Below, in pieces: positions 58,640 to 64,000 of a stretch of DNA of 64,000 nucleotides. Position numbers and translations under genes: made by a program. Location: contig JBFHAT010000010.1 in the NCBI GenBank assembly GCA_041586155.1, forward strand, positions 15,283 through 79,282, written 5' to 3'. Each line of letters opens with the position of its first letter. The first letter of the stretch is position 1. The notes beneath the pieces are model-generated. The model did no database searches, was not told where the DNA came from, and saw only the letters and a program-made list of their open reading frames with translations. The DNA is from Acidimicrobiia bacterium. GTDB taxonomy: Bacteria > Actinomycetota > Acidimicrobiia > Spongiisociales > JAENVV01.

Positions 58640-58671
58640 GGAACGGGCGGTGCACACGCACCGCCCGTTCC
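58640..58671 (+). terminator. intrinsic-terminator-like hairpin after the flp genes
   Basis: Perfect 14-bp stem GGAACGGGCGGTGC-acac-GCACCGCCCGTTCC, 18 nt after the flp2 stop. There is no clear U tract, which is common in GC-rich actinobacteria. Confidence 0.6.
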
Positions 58672-59004
58672 TCGCGTCAGGGTTCGCCCCAGAACCGCCA
58701 CCACCCCACTTCACGTTCTGCGGGGAAGGCGGGCGGTCATTTCGTGGTCGATGGTTGGCGCAGCAGGCCCACGACCGCCGGCTCTAGTTCTACGGCGCCG
58801 AACCCCTCACTACGCCACTTCTGAGCCGAGCACACATCGTTGCGGTCAGAATCCCCTTTCGCCTTCCCGGCGGCCAGCCGAAGGTGGGAGCGGCCGCCCC
58901 AACGCCTTCTGCACCATTCGGGTTCTGTGGTGACTCGTCGCCGACGGACGGCGCAGCGGAGGACGAGGGCGACAGCCCGTTGGAGCGCAATCCTCCGGAA
59001 AGGG

Positions 59005-59928
59005 CTACCGGTTGATGAAGTTCTCCCAGATGCTCAGGGCAGCCGGACCCAAGAGCACCACGAACAGCGTTGGGAAGATGCAGCACACCAGCGGGAACAC
59101 CATCTTGACGGGCGCAGCAAACGCCCTCTCCTGTGCCGCTTGGCGGCGCTTGATCCGCATCTCATCGGCCTGGACGCGCAGGACCCGAGCGATGGCGACA
59201 CCGAAGGCTTCGGCCTGCATCATCGCCAGGAGGAACGACCGCAACTCGTCGAGGTCGGTTCGATCCATCAGATGCCGCATGGCATCGCGCCGGCTGACGC
59301 CGACTCTGGTTTCCTGCAGCATCCGGAAGAACTCCTCGGCGAGCGGTCCTGGAACCGTCTCGACGACCCTCGCGAGGGCCGAGTCGAAGCCTAGGCCCGC
59401 CTCGACCGAGATCACGAGGAGATCGAGCATGTCGGGCAGGTCCCGCTGCATCTGTTTGCGCCGATCGTCGATCTTGCGATTGAGCCACGCGTCGGGACCG
59501 AGCAGCCCTACTGCGAGCGTCAGGCCACCAAGCAGCAAGAGCCGCCCGACATCCGCAGTGGCCAGCCGCGTGAAGAACAGGATCACCGCCAATGACCCAC
59601 CGATCGCCAGCAGCTTGATCACCGCCCATGCGTTGGCATCGAGCTTGTTCTGCAGGCCGGCGTACACGATCCGCTGATTCGTCCGCCGCGACCAGCCCGA
59701 CCCCGGCAGGAACCGCGAAATCATCCTGCCCATCCACATCAGCACGGGCGCCACCGCCCGCTGCGACAGCGGCTGCTTCAGCGTGTCATCACGCAGCTCC
59801 TGCGAGCCGTACACCGCCAGTCGCGAGGTGGCGCTGCTCTTGGCTCGGATGAGGCCGCCACCCACCCATACGACGAAGGCGGCGATGGCAACGAAAACGG
59901 CGCCGGCGGCGAATGCAATGTCGGTCAT
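59005..59928 (-). CDS. tadC: Tad pilus platform protein TadC (T2SSF family)
   Basis: MTDIAFAAGAVFVAIAAFVVW.., ..QRDLPDMLDLLVISVEAGLGFDSAL.., ..FPLVCCIFPTLFVVLLGPA... ATG 59928 overlaps the tadB stop as ATGA. Confidence 0.88.
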   Translation of the reverse strand: MTDIAFAAGAVFVAIAAFVVWVGGGLIRAKSSATSRLAVYGSQELRDDTLKQPLSQRAVAPVLMWMGRMISRFLPGSGWSRRTNQRIVYAGLQNKLDANAWAVIKLLAIGGSLAVILFFTRLATADVGRLLLLGGLTLAVGLLGPDAWLNRKIDDRRKQMQRDLPDMLDLLVISVEAGLGFDSALARVVETVPGPLAEEFFRMLQETRVGVSRRDAMRHLMDRTDLDELRSFLLAMMQAEAFGVAIARVLRVQADEMRIKRRQAAQERAFAAPVKMVFPLVCCIFPTLFVVLLGPAALSIWENFINR

Positions 59929-61886
59929 ATCTCGATATCCACGATCTGGGCCATCCAATAGATTCCGATGGCCATCAACACCAAGCCGCCGGCCAGCGCA
60001 CCGATCCCGACGGTGTTGCTCAGGAGCGGTTCCAGGTACTCGCGATTGGTGATGAACAGCCAGGCGAACAGGGCGAACGGCATCGACGCCAGCACGTAGG
60101 CAGAGATGCGGCCCTCAGCGGTCAGCGCTTTCACTTCACGGCGCAACCGGTTGCGCTGGAGCATCGTGTCGGCGACCGTGTTGAGGACCTCGGATAGGTT
60201 GCCTCCGACCTCGCGTTGAATCTCCACCGCCATCACCGCCCACGCGAAGTCGTCCGACTTGGTGCGCTCGGCGATCCCCTGCAACGCCGCAGTGACCGGT
60301 TGGCCCAGGCGGATCTCGGTGATACTGCGGCCGAACTCCCGCGCAGTCGGCATGGGCGCCTCCGACGCCACGGCCTCGATCGCTTGCAGCAGCGAGTAGC
60401 CGGCTCGCAGTGAGGTGGCCAACAGCGTGAGGGTGTCCGGGAGCTGATTTTCGAACTTACGCTTCTCGCTTCGACCCAAGATTGTCAGCACGACGAACAC
60501 CAGCGCCAGCGAGATCGCTGCGACGAGCACACCGATGTAGACATTGGCGCTCAATGCGCCCACGAGACCGCCGAGAAGGACCGACAGCACCAAAGACAGG
60601 GCAATGGCTTCACCGGGCCGGAGTGCGATGTTGGCCTGCTCCAGCGCGGCATTGACCGTATACAGCAACCCCCGGCGTTGAACGAGAGACTCCGCCCTGT
60701 CCGATAGCGAGCGCAGGAAGCCCGTCTGGAAGATCCCGGCTCGTTCCTGTGCGTCTGGCGCGCGCTCGAAGCTGGCCATCCTCCTGCGCAGCTTCTCCTG
60801 TGTGTCCTCCTCCTTCGGGCAGAACAAGATCCATACGACCCCGAGCGTGGCAATGGCGGTTCCGATGATGCCCATCCAACGCAATACGCCCGCAGGTGCC
60901 GGGAGATCACCCGTGACGACGTATGGCTGTGGCGGCGTCAGCACGAACTCACCGGCGCTGTTGGTGGTCCCACCGGCGACCGGATCGCCGTTGGTGACGA
61001 AGCCGGGAACCTCCACGATCTCGGACGACCGAAGATTCTCGTATTGCACCGCAAACGAAACATCGGTTGGCGCACTCTGCGTTGCGTTGAAGCGGAGAAC
61101 GACCTTGTTATTCAACTCGCGCCGAATGTCGGCATACAGGCTGTCGAGCTGTTCGGGATCAGCGGTCGCGAGATACAGACCACGAGAGGCTTCGGTGATC
61201 TGGCGAATCGTGTCTCCCTGAAAGTCCTCCGATTCGAGGGCGATCCCGAACACTCGGACCTCGTTGTCGGTGACGGCGGCGATGGCCTCGTCGACGCTCG
61301 ATCTGCTGCCGTCGTCGGCTCCGTCGGTGAGGGCGATGATGTGCGGCTGCAGGTCGGGATCGGCGTCGTAGAGCTCGGCGCTGCGCACGATGGCGTCGAA
61401 GAAGTTGGTGCCACCCTCAGCGGTCAGATCGGCGATCCGGGCGGTGACCGCTCGGGCGTTGTCGGTGAAAGGCACCAGCAGCTCCACCTCCGATGCGAAG
61501 GTGACGAGGGCGATCGAGTCCTGCTCGCGTTTCTGGTTGACGAACTGGATGGCGGCCGCCTTGGCTGCCTCGAGCGGGGCACCGTCCATCGAGCCGCTCA
61601 CATCGATCACCAGGACGACGCCCACACGAACCGAAGACTCCTCCACGGAAAGCACCTCGACGTCGTCGAGAACGACTCCATCTTGAGACACCACGACTTG
61701 GTCGAGATCGAGCTCACCGATGTTGCGGAACTCAGTCGTGATCGTGACCTGCCCATCCTCGTCGTAGCGAGCCAGGTTGACGTCCACGAGGACCACCTCC
61801 GGCGCGTCGGCCTGCTGCGCTCCCACCGGGAGAGCGAGCAGTGCAACGATCGCGAAGATCGCCGCCGAGATCCAGCGCGCCCTCAT
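59925..61886 (-). CDS. tadB: fusion protein: secreted VWA domain + TM helix + TadB platform domain (T2SSF family)
   Basis: 653 aa. Signal peptide MRARWISAAIFAIVALLALPVGAQQ. VWA domain with MIDAS residues (VIDVSGSMDG, EGGTNF, ALTDGADDG) at about aa 88-262. TM helix WMGIIGTAIATLGVVWILF. Then ..FENQLPDTLTLLATSLRAGYSLLQAI.., typical of TadB. Confidence 0.85.
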   Translation of the reverse strand: MRARWISAAIFAIVALLALPVGAQQADAPEVVLVDVNLARYDEDGQVTITTEFRNIGELDLDQVVVSQDGVVLDDVEVLSVEESSVRVGVVLVIDVSGSMDGAPLEAAKAAAIQFVNQKREQDSIALVTFASEVELLVPFTDNARAVTARIADLTAEGGTNFFDAIVRSAELYDADPDLQPHIIALTDGADDGSRSSVDEAIAAVTDNEVRVFGIALESEDFQGDTIRQITEASRGLYLATADPEQLDSLYADIRRELNNKVVLRFNATQSAPTDVSFAVQYENLRSSEIVEVPGFVTNGDPVAGGTTNSAGEFVLTPPQPYVVTGDLPAPAGVLRWMGIIGTAIATLGVVWILFCPKEEDTQEKLRRRMASFERAPDAQERAGIFQTGFLRSLSDRAESLVQRRGLLYTVNAALEQANIALRPGEAIALSLVLSVLLGGLVGALSANVYIGVLVAAISLALVFVVLTILGRSEKRKFENQLPDTLTLLATSLRAGYSLLQAIEAVASEAPMPTAREFGRSITEIRLGQPVTAALQGIAERTKSDDFAWAVMAVEIQREVGGNLSEVLNTVADTMLQRNRLRREVKALTAEGRISAYVLASMPFALFAWLFITNREYLEPLLSNTVGIGALAGGLVLMAIGIYWMAQIVDIEI

Positions 61887-61888
61887 CG

Positions 61889-63259
61889 CTACCTGAGGCC
61901 GAATGAACCGCGCCGAGCCGGCGGCTCGGGGGCGAACAGGTCGGGCGGCAGTTCGACGCCCAGATCCTGCAACTGCTGCGAGAACGAAGGACGGATGCCG
62001 GTCGCCTTGAGATGGCCGAGGTAGCGGCCTTCCTCGTCGACGCCCATACCGAAGTCGAACAAGAACAGGTCCTGGAGGGTGATCACGTCGCCTTCCATCC
62101 CCTCCACCTCGGTGATGTGCGTGATCCGCCTCGTACCGTCCCGGAGGCGGGCCACATGCACGATGAGATCGACAGCCGAAGACACCTGCTCTCGGATGGC
62201 GCGAACGGGCAGGTCGAATCCTGCCATGAGCACCATCGTCTCGATCCTGGACAGCGTGTCTCGAGGCGAGTTGGAGTGCACCGTCGTGAGCGAGCCGTCG
62301 TGACCCGTGTTCATGGCCTGGAGCATGTCGAGTGCCTCGCCGCCACGCACCTCACCGACGACGATCCGGTCGGGTCGCATCCGCAGCGTGTTCCGCACGA
62401 GGTCACGGATTGCGATTTGGCCCTTGCCTTCCAGGTTGGGCGGCCGAGACTCGAGTGACAGCACATGTCGCTGCCGGAGTTGGAGCTCGGCGGCGTCCTC
62501 GACGGTGATGATTCGCTCGTTGTCGGGGAGGTATCCCGAAACGACGTTCAACATCGTGGTCTTGCCGGAGCCCGTTCCGCCGGAGATGATGACATTCAAT
62601 CGGCCCACCACGCAACCGGCCAGGAAGTCTGCCACCCGCTTGTCGAAGGTGCCGTTGGCGATGAGGTCGCCCTCCATCAGTGGGTCGACCGCGAACTTCC
62701 GGATGGTCAGGAAGGGACCACCGATCGCTAGCGGATGTATGATTGCGTTCACACGGGAGCCATCGGGCAGGCGGGCATCGACCATCGGCGTGGCTTCGTC
62801 GACCCGCCGGCCTACCTGGCCAACGATCTTGTCGATGATGCGCCGCAGGTGCGTGTCATCGACGAACCGAACGGAGGTGCGCTCGATCTTGCCCGACCGC
62901 TCGACGTACACACTGTGAGGCCCGTTGACCATGACCTCGGTGATCTCTGGGTCGGTGAGTAGAGGATCGATCGGGCCATAGCCGAGCACATCGTTGGCGA
63001 TCTCGTTGATGAGATTCGTGCGGTCGGCCGCCGACAGAGGAAGTCCCTGCTCCTGGTCGACCGCCCACTCGAGCATCTCGATGACCCGCAGCCGCAGCTC
63101 TGCGTCGGACATCTGCCGGTCGTACAGCGTCGGGCCCAGCTCCTCCACGATGCGGAAGTGAAACTTGCCGCGCAGTTCCCTGAAGACTTCGTCCTGACGT
63201 GAGTCGGCCTTCGACGTTGCCGTCTTGGCTGCTGCAACCCTCTCTGATAACGATGCCAT
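61889..63259 (-). CDS. cpaF: CpaF/TadA family pilus assembly ATPase
   Basis: ..VIISGGTGSGKTTMLNVV.., ..RIITVEDAAEL.., ..RPDRIVVGEVRGGEALDMLQAMNTGHDGSLTTVH..; 456 aa. Confidence 0.94.
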   Translation of the reverse strand: MASLSERVAAAKTATSKADSRQDEVFRELRGKFHFRIVEELGPTLYDRQMSDAELRLRVIEMLEWAVDQEQGLPLSAADRTNLINEIANDVLGYGPIDPLLTDPEITEVMVNGPHSVYVERSGKIERTSVRFVDDTHLRRIIDKIVGQVGRRVDEATPMVDARLPDGSRVNAIIHPLAIGGPFLTIRKFAVDPLMEGDLIANGTFDKRVADFLAGCVVGRLNVIISGGTGSGKTTMLNVVSGYLPDNERIITVEDAAELQLRQRHVLSLESRPPNLEGKGQIAIRDLVRNTLRMRPDRIVVGEVRGGEALDMLQAMNTGHDGSLTTVHSNSPRDTLSRIETMVLMAGFDLPVRAIREQVSSAVDLIVHVARLRDGTRRITHITEVEGMEGDVITLQDLFLFDFGMGVDEEGRYLGHLKATGIRPSFSQQLQDLGVELPPDLFAPEPPARRGSFGLR

Positions 63260-63285
63260 GGTTCAGTCCCTCGTCAGGCGGGCGC

Positions 63286-64000
63286 TCACTTGCGCCGCTT
63301 GCCCTTCTTGTTGTCCGCTTCGAATGCGGTCGGCGCCACGAGCCGAGCCACCGACTCGAAACCCTTGGCCACCTTGGATCGGGGAGCCGACTCCACGACC
63401 GGTCGACCTTCGTTGACCGACGCGGGGACGAGCCCATCCGATGGTACCGCGGCAGCGATCTCTATCTTCAGTGATCGCTCGATCTCGTGCTCATCGAGCC
63501 GCGCCCGAGCATTGGACCGGTTGAGCACGAGGGAAATCTTCGAGGAGGGGAACTGGAGTAGGCGCAGCGTCTCGAACGCCAGTTTGGCGTTCTTGACACT
63601 GGGAAGGTCCATGTCGACGACATAGAGCACCTGATCGGCACGCTCGAACAGCGACAACAATGTCTCGTCGAGCAACGAAGCGGTATCGACGATGACATAG
63701 TCGAACATGGTGCGCAGCCGAGCGATGATGTCGGTGATCATCCGCGAGCTGATGTCGTCGGCAAACGCAGGCTCGAGCGGCGCCGCCAGCACCGACAAGC
63801 CGCTGCTGTGCTTGGTGATGAACGAACGCAACAGGCTCTCATCCAGCCGACCCAACTCTTGGGTGGCATTGACCACCGTGTATTTGGGCTCGAGCTGCAG
63901 CACCAGACAGACGTCGCCGAACTGCAGATCGGCGTCGACGATGATCACCCGGTCGGGACCGAGCGCCCGAGCCAAGAGGATGCCCAGGTTGGTGGCGGTG
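63286..64000 (-). CDS. TadZ/CpaE-like ParA/MinD-family ATPase; N-terminal part lies beyond the right edge
   Basis: ..RVIIVDADLQFGDV..YVIVDTASLLDE..LYVVDMDLPSVKNAK... The frame is still open at 64000 (..TATNLGILLARALG..), so the gene is truncated by the window. Confidence 0.85.
   Translation of the reverse strand, partial: TATNLGILLARALGPDRVIIVDADLQFGDVCLVLQLEPKYTVVNATQELGRLDESLLRSFITKHSSGLSVLAAPLEPAFADDISSRMITDIIARLRTMFDYVIVDTASLLDETLLSLFERADQVLYVVDMDLPSVKNAKLAFETLRLLQFPSSKISLVLNRSNARARLDEHEIERSLKIEIAAAVPSDGLVPASVNEGRPVVESAPRSKVAKGFESVARLVAPTAFEADNKKGKRRK

Noticed and set aside
58207-58704. 165-aa minus-strand ORF
   Set aside because: It lies antisense to both flp genes and their terminator. 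The pilin genes have SD sequences and the Flp motif.

Overview
GC-rich actinobacterial chromosomal segment, almost entirely core genes. About 75% of it is one co-directional minus-strand gene train with many 1-4 nt stop/start overlaps (ATGA, GTGA, TGATG). From memory, gene order matches several conserved Mycobacterium tuberculosis blocks. (i) der / [ispH] / aroA::cmk / rluB / scpB / scpA ... xerD / NUDIX / pyrG ... recN / nadK / tlyA / small ORF / HAD (Rv1692-Rv1713-like). (ii) helY / tatC / tatB-like / pafC / pafB / pafA / prcA / prcB / pup / dop / arc, then a divergent trmI. This is a complete, contiguous Pup-proteasome system (Rv2092c-Rv2118c-like). (iii) secG / gpmA / tpiA / pgk / yvcK / rapZ / uvrC / methyltransferase / uvrA / uvrB / coaE. 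The only clearly accessory part is the right end (56.0-64.0 kb). It holds a NarL-type two-component system, two tandem Flp pilin genes (the second is absent from the ORF track) and a convergent Tad pilus operon (tadZ-cpaF-tadB-tadC) whose TadB carries an N-terminal secreted VWA domain. Other notable points: (1) an aroA::cmk gene fusion; (2) PafBC-type (RecA-NDp) promoter motifs in front of leaderless uvrB and near-leaderless uvrA, in the same window that encodes pafBC; (3) a 394-bp repeat- and hairpin-rich spacer splitting pafA from pafBC; (4) a 2 x 67-bp tandem duplication behind tRNA-Leu(GAG); (5) absence of whiA and gap from the otherwise conserved uvrC..secG block; (6) several leaderless-looking starts and micro-ORFs. 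No rRNA, CRISPR array, transposase or prophage was seen. Many track ORFs are over-extended at the 5' end; I trimmed them using homology-like N-termini and stop/start coupling. All calls come from reading the sequence and from motif recognition from memory; no searches were run.
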